A DNA stretch of 64,000 nt from Macrostomum lignano (lineage: Eukaryota), in assembly GCA_002269645.1 (NCBI GenBank), contig NIVC01002797.1, forward strand, positions 8,430-72,429, in the 5' to 3' direction. Under the pieces are notes generated by a model. The model did no database searches, was not told the origin of the DNA, and was given only the letters and a program-made list of their open reading frames with translations. Position numbers and translations under genes: made by a program. Shown piece after piece: positions 28,153-41,239 of the stretch; position 1 is the stretch's first letter, and the number at the start of each line of letters is the position of its first letter.

Positions 28153-29054
28153 GAAAGCTATGGTAAAATATTGTAATTTTTTTAATAAAAACTTTTAAAG
28201 AGAAGAAAACACAACGCAAGAAAAAGCGAACAAGAATCATCATATCAATCATAAATGAAGCGCCCTGTCGAACGTAAAAGTCTCATCGGGAATTGCTTAG
28301 ACTGTTAAGACTGCTAAGACTATTGCTGCGAGCATAATGCTGGTATGGGAAATTGCTGTGATATCAAGACTCACGGTAGAATTTATAAGATCTCAAGGCT
28401 CAGGGGAATTGCTATAATTATGTTATTCTGGGGAGAATTGCTTTGATTTCAAGTATCATTTGTGAAATTGCTGAAATTAATTGTTGAAATGCAAGTTCAA
28501 AGATATCAAAAGGTTAGTCACTCAATTTTCAGGCTCATGGGGAAATTGCTAACATTTCCAAAGCTCATTGGGGAATTGCTGAAATTCTACTACAAGGGTT
28601 ATGGTTTTGGTTCAATTATAGAGCGATCGTCGTGACAATCGTTAATGATCCATCGAGGAGTTGCTAAGATTAAATGCTCTTGGGGGAAAACTTAAATGCT
28701 TTGGCTCTACTACGGGGAATTGCTGACAGGTCAAGGCTTTCGGTGAAATTCTGATTACAAAGCTTATTTATGAGGAAGTTACTTTAATGCTGAGGCTCAA
28801 GGCTTATGGTGGAAATTTCCAACACGCCAAGACTCACTTATGGGTTAGGGTGACCATTAATTAAAGACTTGTTTAGATATAATCAAAGTTCATTGTGGAA
28901 TCGCTCTGTTGACAAAGCTCATAAAGAAATTGCTGAGTTATCAAGGCTTATAAGGATATTGCTGAATTCTTGGGAAAAGGGAGTTGGGTTGTTGGTATGT
29001 CAAGGCTTACTGCGCTGGTAGAATTGCGTGATGTCAAGGCTCGAGTTTAATTGC

Positions 29055-29460
29055 TGTGATGTCGAGGCTTAATGGGATAACTGCTGAGATGTCAAGGCTT
29101 ACTGGGGAATTGCTGAGATGTCAAGGCTTACCGGGGGCAATTGCTGAGATCTCAGAGCTTATGGGGGGAATTTCTGAGATCTCAAGGCTTACTAAGGGAA
29201 TTGCTGATATGTCAAGGCTTACTGGGGAAATGCTGAGATGTCAAGTCTTACTGGGAATTGCTAAGATTTCAATGCTTACTGGGGGAAAGCTGAGATTTCA
29301 AGGCTTACTGGGGGAATTGCTGATATGTCAAGGCTTACTGGGGCAATTGCTGAGATCCCAAGGCTTACTGGGGGAATTTCTGATATGCCAAGGCTTACTG
29401 GGGGAATTGCTGAGATGTCAAGGCTTACAGGGGAATTGCTGATATGTCAAGGCTCATGGA
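29055..29460. repeat. 30-bp tandem repeat GCTGAGATGTCAAGGCTTACTGGGGGAATT
   Basis: About 13 copies. Degenerate copies occur at 28300-29050, 33960-34960, 38330-39280 and 59460-59585. Confidence 0.9.
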
Positions 29461-30474
29461 CGATGGCTGAATTTTGGGGGGGGGGGGGGTTACTAGGTTA
29501 TTGGGCGATTGTCAGATAGTCAGGTAGTACGGCTCAAGTAGCTCATGTAATTCAGATAATGAAAAAGTACACAGAAGTGATGCTGATTTCTGCTAATAGG
29601 AAATACCAGCGCATTTATTAAAGGTTTTGATCCTTTGATTTAGGCTAATAAACAGAGAGGGTCTAAGGCCGTCAGGGATTTGCATTTTGAGCTCCTGCTG
29701 CGGATCAGAATATGCCCCGGCCAGTGACGATATTCACTAAGAGTTTGTGCTTGAACGGATAAGCACTATTTGCTGATTGAGAAAGGGTTTTGGGCTGATG
29801 AAGGAAACTTTGGCTAATGAAAGTTCTGATTCATGGCAACTTATTTTTTCAAACGTGAGAAAAGGTAATTTTTGATTAATGAAAATCAACATTTTGGATA
29901 ATTATAGTAAGGTTGCTGTTGTGCCAAAATAAAAACCAATTGGTGTCATTTTCAAGGCTCCCCAGAGGGGGGCTAAATGGCTAGTCCTATATACTAAAAA
30001 TGGTCTGTCTGTGTCTATGTGATCGATTAGAGAAAAAATGGCTGGACCGATTTTGTTCGAACTTGCACTGTTCGATCAGAAATTTTCCCGTGACTGTACA
30101 TGCATCGTGGCTAAGAAATTGCTCGATGCTAAAGGCATTAAATATTCGAAAAACATGCTTTTTTGCAAAGGTCAAGCAGCTCTTTCGACTTGAAATGCAT
30201 TGTAAGAATGCTAGAGAAAAAACTGACTGGTTGAATTCTGATTCTGAAATAGATTGCATCATAACTGAATTGTACCTCCGACTTGAATTGAAAATACAGT
30301 GTGGAAGCGTAGCACCAGACTTGATTTAAATTGCGTAACCATATTGTTAACTGATACTGACTGACTGAGAAACTGATTATGTCATAACTGCTTCGTGTGA
30401 TTTACTCTATGCTTGGATTTTAAAGTGTTGAATTATATAAGTGCAAAATTTGATGTTATCAAAACGATGAGAGC

Positions 30475-30528
30475 TAGCCTAGAGGTGAACAAACTGAACT
30501 GCCAAATGCAGCGACGATGGTTCGAATT
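30475..30528 (+). other. tRNA-derived (SINE-like) head, family 1; further copies at 35572-35624, 37176-37228, 48176-48223, 48804-48856
   Basis: A-box-like TAGCCTAGAG(G) and B-box GGTTCGAAT are about 45 nt apart. The 35572 copy has GACTGCTAAT, resembling a tRNA-Ser(GCT) anticodon arm. No acceptor stem. Confidence 0.65.
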
Positions 30529-30589
30529 TTCATAGAGTACAATTTTTTTAATTAAAGCTTTTCAACGTCAGGAAAACTAAAAGACTTTT

Positions 30590-33500
30590 TAAAAAGAAGC
30601 ATCATGTAAAAAATCATAGAAGCGTCATATAAAAATCATAGAAGCGTCATGTAAAAAAACATAGAAGTGTCATGTAAACAATCATAGAAGCGTCATGTAA
30701 AAAATCATAGAAGCGTCATGTAAAAAATCATAGAAGCGTCATGTAAACAATCATAGAAGCGTCATGTAAACAATCATAGAAGCGTCATTTAAAAAATCAT
30801 AGAAGCGCCATGTAAAAAATCGTAGAAGCGTTATATAAAAATCATAGAAGCGTCATTTTTAAAAAAATCATAGAAGCGTTGTGTAAACAGTCATAGAAGC
30901 GTCATGTAAACAATCATAGAAGCGTCATTTTTAAAAAATCATAGAAGCGTCATGTAAAAAATCATAGAAGCGTCATGTAAACAATCATAGAAGCGTCATG
31001 TAAACAATCATAGAAGCGTCATGTAAACAATCATAGAAGCGTCATGTAAACAATCATAGAAGCGTCATGTAAACAATCATAGAAACGTAATGTAAAACAA
31101 TCATAGAAGCGTCACGAAACAATCATAGAAGCGTCATGTAAACAATCATAGAAGCGTCATGTAAAAATCATAGAAGCGTCATGTAAAAATCATAGAAGCG
31201 TCATGTAAACAATCATAGAAGCGTCATGTAAAAATCATAAAAGCGTCATGTAAACAATCATAGAAGCGTCATGTAAACAATCATAGAAGCGTCATGTAAA
31301 CAATCATAGAAGCGTCATGTAAACAATCCTAGAAGCGTCATGTAAACAATCATAGAAGCGTCATGTAAACAATCATAGAAGCGTCATGTAAACAATCATA
31401 GAAACGTAATGTAAACAATCATAGAAGCGTCACGAAACAATCATAGAAGCGTCATGTAAACAATCATAGAAGCGTCATGTAAACAATCATAGAAGCGTCA
31501 TGAAGCAATCATAGAAGCGTCATGTAAAAATCATAAAAGCGTCATGTAAACAATCATAGAAGCGTCATGTAAACAATCATAGAAGCGTCATGTAAAAATC
31601 ATAGAAGCGTCATGTAAACAATCATAGAAGCGTCATGTAAACAATCATAGAAGCGTCATGTAAACAATCATAGAAACGTAATGTAAACAATCATAGAAGC
31701 GTCACGAAACAATCATAGAAGCGTCATGTAAACAATCATAGAAGCGTCATGTAAAAATCATAGAAGCGTCATGAAGCAATCATAGAAGCGTCATGTAAAA
31801 ATCATAAAAGCGTCATGTAAACAATCATAGAAGCGTCATGTAAACAATCATAGAAGCGTCATGTAAACAATCATAGAAGCGTCATGTAAACAATCATAGA
31901 AGCGTCATGTAAACAATCATAGAAGCGTCATGTAAACAATCATAGAAGCGTCATGTAAACAATCATAGAAACGTAATGTAAACAATCATAGAAGCGTCAC
32001 GAAACAATCATAGAAGCGTCATGTAAACAATCATAGAAGCGTCATGTAAACAATCATAGAAGCGTCATGAAGCAATCATAGAAGCGTCATGTAAAAATCA
32101 TAAAAGCGTCATGTAAACAATCATAGAAGCGTCATGTAAACAATCATAGAAGCGTCATGTAAACAATCATAGAAGCGTCATGTAAACAATCATAGAAGCG
32201 TCATGTAAACAATCATAGAAGCGTCATGTAAAAAATCGTAGAAGCGTCATTTTTAAAAAATCATAAAAGCGTCATGTAAAAAATCTTAGAAGCGTCATGT
32301 AAACAATCATAGAAGCGTCATGTAAACAATCATAGAAGCGTCATGTAAAAAATCATAGAAGCGTCATGTAAAAAATCTAGAAGCGTCATGTAAACAATCA
32401 TAGAAGGTCATGTAAACAATCATAGAAGCGTCATGTAAAAAATCGTAGAAGCGTCATGTAAAAATCTAGAAGCGTCATGTAAACAATCATAGAAGCGTCA
32501 TGTAAACAATCATAGAAGCGTCATGTAAAAAATCGTAGAAGCGTCATGTAAAAAATCTAGAAGCGTCATGTAAACAATCATAGAAGCGTCATGTAAACAA
32601 TCATAGAAGCGTCATGTAAACAATCATAGAAGCGTCATGTAAAAATCGTAGAAGCGTCATGTAAAAAATCTTAGAAGCGTCATGTAAAAAATCATAGAAG
32701 CGTCATGTAAACAATCATAGAAGCGTCATGTAAAAATCATAGAAGCGTCATGTAAACAATCATAGAAGCGTCATGTAAACAATCATAGAAGCGTCATATA
32801 AAAATCATAGAAGCGTCATGTAAACAATCATAGAAGCGTCATGTAAACAATCATAGAAGCGTCATGTAAACAATCATAGAAGCGTCATAAAAATCATAGA
32901 AGCGTCATGTAAACAATCATAGAAGCGTCATGTAAACAATCATAGAAGCGTCATGTAAACAATCATAGAAGCGTCATTAAAAAATCATAGAAGCGCATGT
33001 AAAAAATCGTAGAAGCGTTATATAAAAATCATAGAAGCGTCATTTTTAAAAAATCTTAGAAGCGTTGTGTAAACAGTCATAGAAGCGTCATGTAAAAAAT
33101 CATAGAAGCGTCATGTAAAAAATCATAGAAGCGTCATGTAAAAAATCATAGAAGCGTCATGTAAAAATCGTAGAAGCGTCATGTAAAAAATCTTAGAAGC
33201 GTCATGTAAAAAATCTTAGAAGCGTCATGTAAAAAGTCATAAAAGCGTCATGTAAACAATCATAGAAGCGTCATGTAAAAAATCTTAGAAGCGTCATGTA
33301 AACAATCATAGAAGCGTCATGTAAACAATCATAGAAGCGTCATGTAAACAATCATAGAAGCGTCATGTAAACAATCATAGAAGCGTCATGCAAACAATCA
33401 TAGAAGCGTCATGTAAAAAATCATAGAAGCGTCATGTAAAAATCATAGAAGCGTCATGTAAACAATCATAGAAGCGTCATGTAAAAATCATAGAAGCGTC

Positions 33501-33860
33501 ATGTAAAAAATCATAGAAGCGTACTGTAAACAATCATAGAAGCGTCATGTAAACAATCATAGAAGCGTCATGTAAACAATCATAGAAACGTCATATAAAA
33601 ATCATAGAAGCGTCATGTAAACAATCATAGAAGCGTCATGTAAAAAATCATAGAAGCGTCATGTAAAAATCATAGAAGCGTCAAGAAAAAATCATAGAAG
33701 CGTACTGTAAACAATCATAGAAGCGTCATGTAAACAATCATAGAAGCGTCATGTAAACAATCATAGAAACGTCATATAAAAATCATAGAAGCGTCATGTA
33801 AACAATCATAGAAGCGTCAAGAAAAAATCATAGAAGCCTCATTTAAAAACTAATGAAAGT
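30590..33860. repeat. 23-bp satellite AATCATAGAAGCGTCATGTAAAC
   Basis: About 140 highly homogeneous tandem copies. Confidence 0.98.
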
Positions 33861-34745
33861 GTCATTTAAAAAATTAGGAAGCGTCACGGTAGAATAAAAG
33901 AAACGTCATGTCAGACATGAAGGGTTCATGTAAAAATTAAATGCAACTATAATGCTGTGCTGGGGAGAAAAACTGAGACGTCAAGGCTCTCAGAGAATAA
34001 CTGAGATTACGGGGGGGGGGGTTTCTGAGATGTCAAAGCAAAAGTCAGAAGCTACTTCAAAGTTCATGCACTTTACTCCATTTTTTTATTGCATTCTTTG
34101 TTGGCTCGTCACGGGGGGGGGCGCTGATAGAAGAAAAGTCATGTAAAAAATAAAAGTAGCACTATGTATACATAAAAGAAAAGTCATGTCGAAGTTAAAA
34201 GATTCATTTGGGAATTGCTACGATGTCAAAGCTTGGTGGAAATCGTTATAGTGCTGTGATTCTTAAAGAAAGAATCACTAAAATGTTAAGGCTTAGGGGA
34301 GAAGAATTGCTGAGATTTCATGGCTTTAGGTTGGGTTAAAGTTAGGTTTAGGTCAGGTGTGGGTTGAGGGTTATATTTTATCGGGTTTCAAGGTTAACAG
34401 GGGATTTTTTAGATTTCAAGGTTTATGGGGGCCATTGCTGACATGTCAAGGCTTACGGGGGGAATAGCTGAGATGTCAAGGCTCACGGGGGTATAAATGA
34501 GATTTCAAGGCTAAAGTCAGAAGCTACATGTAGTTTATTGAAAACTTTTTATTACATTATTTGATGCCTCCTCAGGGGAGGGATCGCTGATAAAAAAGCG
34601 TAATGTAAAAAATAAAAGAAGCTTCATGTCGAAGTTAAGAGATTCATTTGGGAATCCCTACGATGTTGAGGCTTGCAAGGAATCGCAATAATGCTGTAGT
34701 AGTGCTATAATGACTCTTAGGGAGAATTACTGAAATTTCAATGCT

Positions 34746-34807
34746 TTAGGGTTAGGTTAGGGTTAGGGTTAGGGTTAGGGTTAGGGTTAGGCTAGGGTTA
34801 GGGTTAG
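34746..34807 (+). repeat. Interstitial telomeric-type (TTAGGG)n tract
   Basis: About 10 units with two variants (TTAGG, CTAGGG). Confidence 0.9.
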
Positions 34808-35694
34808 AAGGTTGACAGATATTTTTAGATTTCCAAGGCTTATTGGGGGCATTGCTGAGATGTCAAGGGGGGAAGTTGATATGTTAAAGCTTGTGGGGGG
34901 ATAACTGACATGTCAAGGCTTACAAGGTTTGACAGGAGATTTTTTAAGATTTCAAGGATACATGTAGCTTATTAAAAAAACGTGTATTGCATTTCTTTGG
35001 CTCCCCAACGGGGGGCGTAGATTGCTAGTCTAATATACTAAAAATGAAATGCTTGGTTGCTTGCTTGTAATTGATTTTCTCCCGAACGGCTCAACCGATT
35101 TTCTTCAAACTTGCACCATTCGATCAGAAATTTTCCCGGGACGGTACATGCATATTGGCTAAGAAATTGCTCAATGTTAAAGGGATTAAATATTCGAAAA
35201 ACATGATTTTTTGCAAAGGTCAAGCAGCTCTTTCGACCTGAAATGCATTGTAAGAATGCTAGAGAAAAATCTGACTGGTTGAATTCTGATTCTGAAATAG
35301 ATTGCATCACAATACACTTTATTTATCGTCTGTGTACTGGCTGAATTTGACACTCAATTGAATTGCGTCACAGCTTTGAGGGTGAAAGTATAGTGCAGTA
35401 CTGAATTTATATTACGTAACCATATTGTTAACTTTCATAGACACTGGTACTGACTTGCCTAAGAAATTGATTATGTCATAACTGCTTCGCGTGACTTTTT
35501 ACTCTACCTGACTTGGTGTGAGTGTTGAATTATATAAGTGGTACAAATTCACTGATAACTTCGATGAGAGCTAGCCTAGAGCTGAGCAGACCAGACTGCT
35601 AATGCAGCGACCTGGGTTCGAATCTAAGTAGTTTAAAAGTAGTAGTGTAAAATTTTTTATTAAAAGCTTTTATTAAAGGACTAAATAAAAACAC

Positions 35695-36890
35695 TTAGAT
35701 TACTGCACTCGATAAGCTAAGGATTATTGCTCTTGGCAAACCAAGGAATACTGCACTCGATAAGCCAAGGATTATTGCTCTTGGCAAACCAAGGATTACT
35801 GCACTCGATAAGCCATGGATTATTGCTATTAATAAACCAAGGATTACTGCACTCGATAAGCCAAGGATTATTGCTATTAATAAACCATGAATTACTGCAC
35901 TCGATAAGCCAAGGATTATTGCTATTAATAAACCAAGGATTACTGCACTCATAAGCCATGGATTATTGCTATTAATAAACCAAGGATTACTGCACTCGAT
36001 AAGCCAAGGATTATTGCTATTAATAAACCAAGGATTACTGCACTCGATAAACCAAGGATTATTGCTATTAATAAACCAAGGATTACTGCACTCGATAAGC
36101 CAAGGACTATTGCTATTAATAAACCAAGGATTACTGCACTCAATAAACCAAGGACTATTGCTCTTGGCAAACCAAGGATTACTGCACTCGATAAGCCAAG
36201 GACTATTGCTCTTGGCAAACCAAGGATTACTGCACTCGATAAGCCATGGATTATTGCTATTAATAAACCAAGGATTACTGCACTCGATAAGCCAAGGATT
36301 ATTGCTATTAATAAACTAAGGATTACTGCACTCGATAAACCAAGGATTATTGCTATTAATAAACCAAGGATTATGCACTTGGCAAACCAAGGATTACTGC
36401 AATCGATAAGCCAAGGATTATTGCTATTAATAAACCAAGCATTACTGCACTCAATAAACCAAGGACTATTGCTCTTGGCAAACCAAGGATTACTGCACTT
36501 GATTTATCAAGGATTATTGCTATTAATAAACCAAGGATTACTGCACTCGATAAGCCAAGGATTATTGCTATTAATAAACCATGAATTACTGCACTCAATA
36601 AACCAAGGACTATTGCTCTTGGCAAACCAAGGATTACTGCACTTGATTTATCAAGGATTATTGCTATAAATAAACCAAGGATTACTGCACTCGATAAGCC
36701 AAGGATTATTGCTATTAATAAACCAAGGATTACTGCACTCGATAAGCCATGGATTATTGCTATTAATAAACCAAGGATTACTTACTGCACTTGGCAAACC
36801 AAGAATTACTGCACTCGATAAGCCATGGATTATTGCTATTAATAAACCAAGGATTACTGCACTCGATAGCCAAGGATTACTGCGCTTGAT
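35695..36890. repeat. 48-bp dimeric satellite (CCAAGGATTATTGCTATTAATAAA + CCAAGGATTACTGCACTCGATAAG)
   Basis: Two related 24-mers alternate. Confidence 0.95.
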
Positions 36891-36924
36891 AAGCTTGGCT
36901 ACATGTATAGGATTATTTCTATCC

Positions 36925-37135
36925 AGGGATGCTTGCTATTTAGGGATTCTTGCTATGTGCAGGATGCTTGCTATCTGGAAGGATGCTTCTACATTATTTG
37001 GGGTATGCTTGCTATCTGCAAGATGCTTGCTACCTGCAAGATGCTTGCTATCTGCAGATGCTTGCTATCTGGGTGGATGCTTGCTAGGAGTATTAGGGGA
37101 TGCTTGCTACTGGGGGATGCTTGCTGTCTTGGGAA
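36925..37135. repeat. Degenerate ~17-bp repeat (G)ATGCTTGCTATCTGG; a homogeneous version lies at 51710-51915
   Basis: The TGCTTGCTATCTG core is repeated at both sites. Confidence 0.85.
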
Positions 37136-37269
37136 TATTTTCTATTTAGGGGTAATGACTAAAATTCATGAGAGCTAGCCTAGAGGTAAACAGACTAAAC
37201 TGCTAAATGCAGGGACGATGGTTCGAATTTTTAGAGAGTAGAGTTTTTTTAATTAAAGCTTTTTAACGC

Positions 37270-38170
37270 CAAGACAAAAAAAATTATGGAAGCGTCATGT
37301 AAACAATCATACAAGCGTCATGTAAACAATCATAGAAGCGTCATGTAAACAATCATAGAAGCGTCATGTAAAAATCATAGAAGCGTAATGTAAACAATCA
37401 TAGAAGCGTCATGTTAAAATCATAAAAGCGTCATGTAAACAATCATACAAGCGTCATGTAAACAATCATAGAAGCGTCATGTAAAAAAATCATAGAAGCG
37501 TCATGTTAAAATCATAAAAGCGTCATAAAAAAATCATAGAAGCGTCATGCAAGCAATCATAGAAGCGTAATGTAAACAATCATAGAAGCGTCATGTTAAA
37601 ATCATACAAGCGTCATGTAAACAATCATACAAGCGTCATGTAAACAATCATAGAAGCGTCATGTAAAAAAATCATAGAAGCGTCATGTTAAAATCATAAA
37701 AGCGTCATAAAAAATCATAGAAGCGTCATGTAAACAATCATACAAGCGTCATGTAAACAATCATAGAAGCGTCATGTAAAATCATAAAAGCGTCATGTAA
37801 ACAATCATAAAAGCGTCATGTAAACAATCATAGAAGCGTCATGTAAACAATCATAGAAGCGTCATGTAAACAATCATAGAAGCGTCATGTAAAAAATCAT
37901 AGAAGCGTCATGTAAAAATCATAGAAGCGTCATGTAAAAATCATAGAAGCGTCATGAAAAAATCATAGAAGCGTCATGTTAAAATCATAGAAGCGTCATG
38001 TAAAAATCATAGAAGCGTCATGTAAAAAATCATAGAAGCGTCATGTAAACAATCATACAAGCGTCATGTAAACAATCATAGAAGCGTCATGTAAACAATC
38101 CTAAAAGCGTCATGTAAACAAGCATAGAAGCGTCATGTTAACATAGAAGCGTCATGAAAAAAATTATAGA
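37270..38170. repeat. Second array of the 23-bp AAGCGTCATG satellite
   Basis: Same monomer as 30590-33860. Confidence 0.97.
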
Positions 38171-39125
38171 AGCCTCATATAAAAACTAATGAAAGTTTGT
38201 CATTTAAAAAATTAAGAAGCGTCATGGAAGAATAAAAGAAGCGTAACGTAAAAATCAAAAGAAACGTCATGTCAGACATGAAAGAAGTGTCATGTAAAAA
38301 TTAAATGAAGCTATTGTGCTGTGCTGGGGAGAATCACTGAGACGTCAAGGCTCACAGAGAATAACTGAGATTACAGGGGGGTTTCTTAGATGTTAAAGCA
38401 AAAGTCAGAAGCTACTTCAAAGTACATGTACTTTACTTAAGTTTTTTTATTGCATTCTTTGTTGGCTTGCCACGGTGGGGGGGGCGCTGATAGAAGAAGA
38501 GTCATGTAAAAATAAAAGGAGCACTATGTATACATAAAATAAAAGTCATGTCAAGTTAAAAGATTCATTTGGGAATTGCTACGATGTCAAAGCTTGGAGG
38601 GAATCGTTATAGTGCTGTGATTCTTAAAGAAGGAATCACTTAAATGCCAAGGCTTAGGGAAGAAGAATTGCTGTGATTTCAAGGCTTTAGGTTGGGTGAA
38701 AGTTAGGTTTACGTCAGGTTTGGGTTGAGGGTTAGATTTTAGCGCGTTTCAAGGTTAACAGGGGATTTTTTAGATTTCAAGGTTTATGGGGGGCATCGCT
38801 GACATGTCAAGGCTTACAAGGGGAATCTATCTATCTATCTATCTATAGCTGAGATGTCAAGGCTCACGCGGGAATAAATGAGATGTCAAGGCTAATGTCA
38901 GAAGCTACATGTAGTTTATTGGAAAAAAGTTATTACATTATTTGTTGGCTCCTCACGGGAGGGATCGCTGATAGAAAAAGCGTAATGTAAAAAAAAAAAG
39001 AAGCTTCATGTCAAAGTTAAGAGATTCATTTGGGAATCCCTACGATGTCGAGGCTTGCAGGGAATCGCTATAATGCTGTAGTAGTGCTATAGACTCTTAG
39101 AGAGAATTACTGAAATTTCAATGCT

Positions 39126-39165
39126 TTAGGGTTAGGGTTAGGGTTAGGGTTAGGGTTAGGGTTAG
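39126..39165 (+). repeat. Interstitial (TTAGGG)6+ tract
   Basis: Six perfect units plus TTAG, in the same flanking context (ATGCT...AGA) as 34746. Confidence 0.9.
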
Positions 39166-40267
39166 AAAGTAGACAGATTTTTTAAGATTTCAAGGCTTAT
39201 GGGAGCATTGCTGAGATGTCAAGGGGGGAGTTGATATGTTAAGGCTTGTGGGGGGGATTGCTGACATGTCAAGGCTTACAAGGGTACTGGTAGCGTACTG
39301 AAGCATACTGGTAGAAGTAGCTCTGAAAGAAGGCAAGTATGGTTGAATTTCAATGTCTGTTTTAAAATTCTGCACAAACATGTTTTATTGGTACATAAGC
39401 CTGGAATTAAAATGAGAATTCGATTCCTAGCCCCCCTCCCTAAGAATTTTTTTTTCATTTTAAAGGATTCGTCCCTTGCTTATTGGCCACCCCGAAGGCC
39501 ATTTTTTTATCAAAAATGATAAAAATAATTTTTATCAAACACGTTGACATATACAGGGCTCTAAACTAAAAACTGTAAAAAGTTGATAGTTTTGTTTTAC
39601 CTAAAATGCGTTATTAACGATCTCCAAAAATTCCTATTTTAAGCTTAAGCTTAAGAAAAACACTTAAAGTACTCCTGCTAAAAGGTATATTATATTAGAC
39701 GAATATTAATTATTTCTGCTCCCCGAAGGGGGGCAAAACTTTAGCTAGTACTAAATCTCTAAGATCTGTCTGTCTGTCTGACCGGTATTCCAGTCCACAG
39801 CCTGAATGCCTGAACCGATTTTTTTCAAACTTGCTTCACTCAATTGCAAATTCTTGTGAGATTGTGTGGGTGTAATTGCATTTAAAAAATTCGAATGGGA
39901 AGATGGTTAAATAATCGAAAAACGAGTTTTCCCTATGCTTTCGATGGGAGGCTAGAAAAGGTCAAAATCTCACTAACTGAATTTCAATTCCAATTAAGAT
40001 TGCGCCACAACTTTTCTCTGTTCACTGTGTACGCCTTCAATACTGGCTGCAATAAGGGAAAGGAAAATAATGCTCAGTGGCTGCGTGTGTACATTCTGAC
40101 CCTGGCTGACTGGCGGACTGCATAGACAATTGCTATTAATAGATTTCACTCAACTGTGCATTGGCTCTGCCTGCATACAACCTGTGCATACTGAGCAGCC
40201 TATCACTGCTATGTATTTGACTGTAGTGCCGAAGCATATATGGCTGATTTTTGCGCCCTCCGATCAG

Positions 40268-40345
40268 TAGGCGGAATAGCCGCAGTGTAGGCACTAGGAC
40301 TAGGTTTAGGCTAGGCATAAGGTCCAAGGTTCGAGTCCGCCTCCC
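40268..40345 (+). other. tRNA-derived segment, family 2; copies near 25156, 26506, 42688, 45420
   Basis: GGCGGAATAGCCGCAGTG (A-box-like)...AAGGTCC(C/A)AGGTTCGAGTCC (variable loop plus T-arm/B-box-like). Confidence 0.5.
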
Positions 40346-41239
40346 CCAGCATTATTAAAATTAAATAAATTCATTCATTAGTAGCTTCTGCCTCGACTAT
40401 TTTGAACATTTTTTGATTAATTGTAATTAATTTTTTTATTAATTACAATAATTTATTTTTGCTACTCGCACAAGCCACTAAGCAAATTTGATTTGATTTG
40501 TAAAATCCTAAGATCCCATTAATTGTTATTATCTAGGTCTATAGAAGTAGATATTACTAAACTGCAGGGGATTAAATTACTAAACTGCAGGGGATTAAAT
40601 TACTAAACTGCAGATGATGCTGCTAAACTGCTGAGGTATTGCTAAATGCTGAGTGGTGCAAAAGATTGCCGATATGTATCGAAAATCGATTAGTGCGCCG
40701 TCGTAAATGCTGAGCAAATTTTTAAATCATTGAAAAGATCATTGCAGTTTGCTGAGAATACTGAGGGGCCAGTTGAGAGAACTGCAGACTGCTGAGGGGA
40801 TAAATGAGAATTATTAAGGAAACACTTGCTGACTGCAAATGAATTGACTGCAGACTACTGAGGGGAACTGCAGATTGTTGAAGGGATCATTGCAGACTGC
40901 AAAGGGGACAAACTACAAACTGCTGACGTTGGTTAGTTTCTCGAGACTTATGAGCGTATAAGCTGCAAACTGCCAAGGGGATAGCTGCAGACTGCTAGGA
41001 TAATAATGGCAGACTTCTGAGGAGGATATCTAACTGTGAAGAATTGTAGCTTGCAGAAGGGACAATTCTGGGTCCCTGAGGGATAAATGAATAATAATAA
41101 TAAAAGTTGTAGAGTGCAAATGAGTTGTATGACTGCAGTCTGTTTTGCGGAATTAGAAGGGATAATTTCAGGTTGTTGTGGGGATAACAGCCAATTTCTG
41201 GGGAGGGTTAACCTTTAAACTTCTGAGGCGATAATAGTA

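Larger units (their letters stand above)
25638..29984 (+). mobile_element. Helitron-like unit with 22-bp and 30-bp arrays
   Basis: 5' TCTAAATATACT. 3' CTCCCCAGAGGGGGGCTAAATGG-CTAG. Confidence 0.75.
29985..35028 (+). mobile_element. Helitron-like unit with tRNA-derived head, 23-bp satellite and TTAGGG tract
   Basis: 5' TCCTATATACTAAAA. 3' CTCCCCAACGGGGGGCGTAGATTG-CTAG. Confidence 0.8.
35029..39748 (+). mobile_element. Helitron-like unit with two tRNA-derived heads, 48-bp and 23-bp arrays and a TTAGGG tract
   Basis: 5' TCTAATATACTAAAA. 3' CTCCCCGAAGGGGGGCAAAACTTTAG-CTAG. 38170-39290 parallels 33850-34960. Confidence 0.8.

Noticed and set aside
30590-33860. Regular short repeats resembling a CRISPR array (also 35695-36890 and 48925-51640)
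   Set aside because: Monomers are contiguous with no unique spacers, there are no cas genes, and the context is eukaryotic.
34746-34807. Chromosome end or fusion point
   Set aside because: The tract is short, duplicated with identical flanks inside a repeat unit, and has no head-to-head CCCTAA counterpart.
35572-35624. Possible functional tRNA-Ser(GCT) gene
   Set aside because: There is no acceptor stem, the D-arm is degenerate and the long Ser variable arm is missing. It is treated as a tRNA-derived repeat.
35695-37178. ORFs with LLLINQGLLHS / SSAVILGLLIAII repeats that look hydrophobic
   Set aside because: They are translations of the 48-bp satellite, open on both strands only because the monomer lacks stops in those frames.
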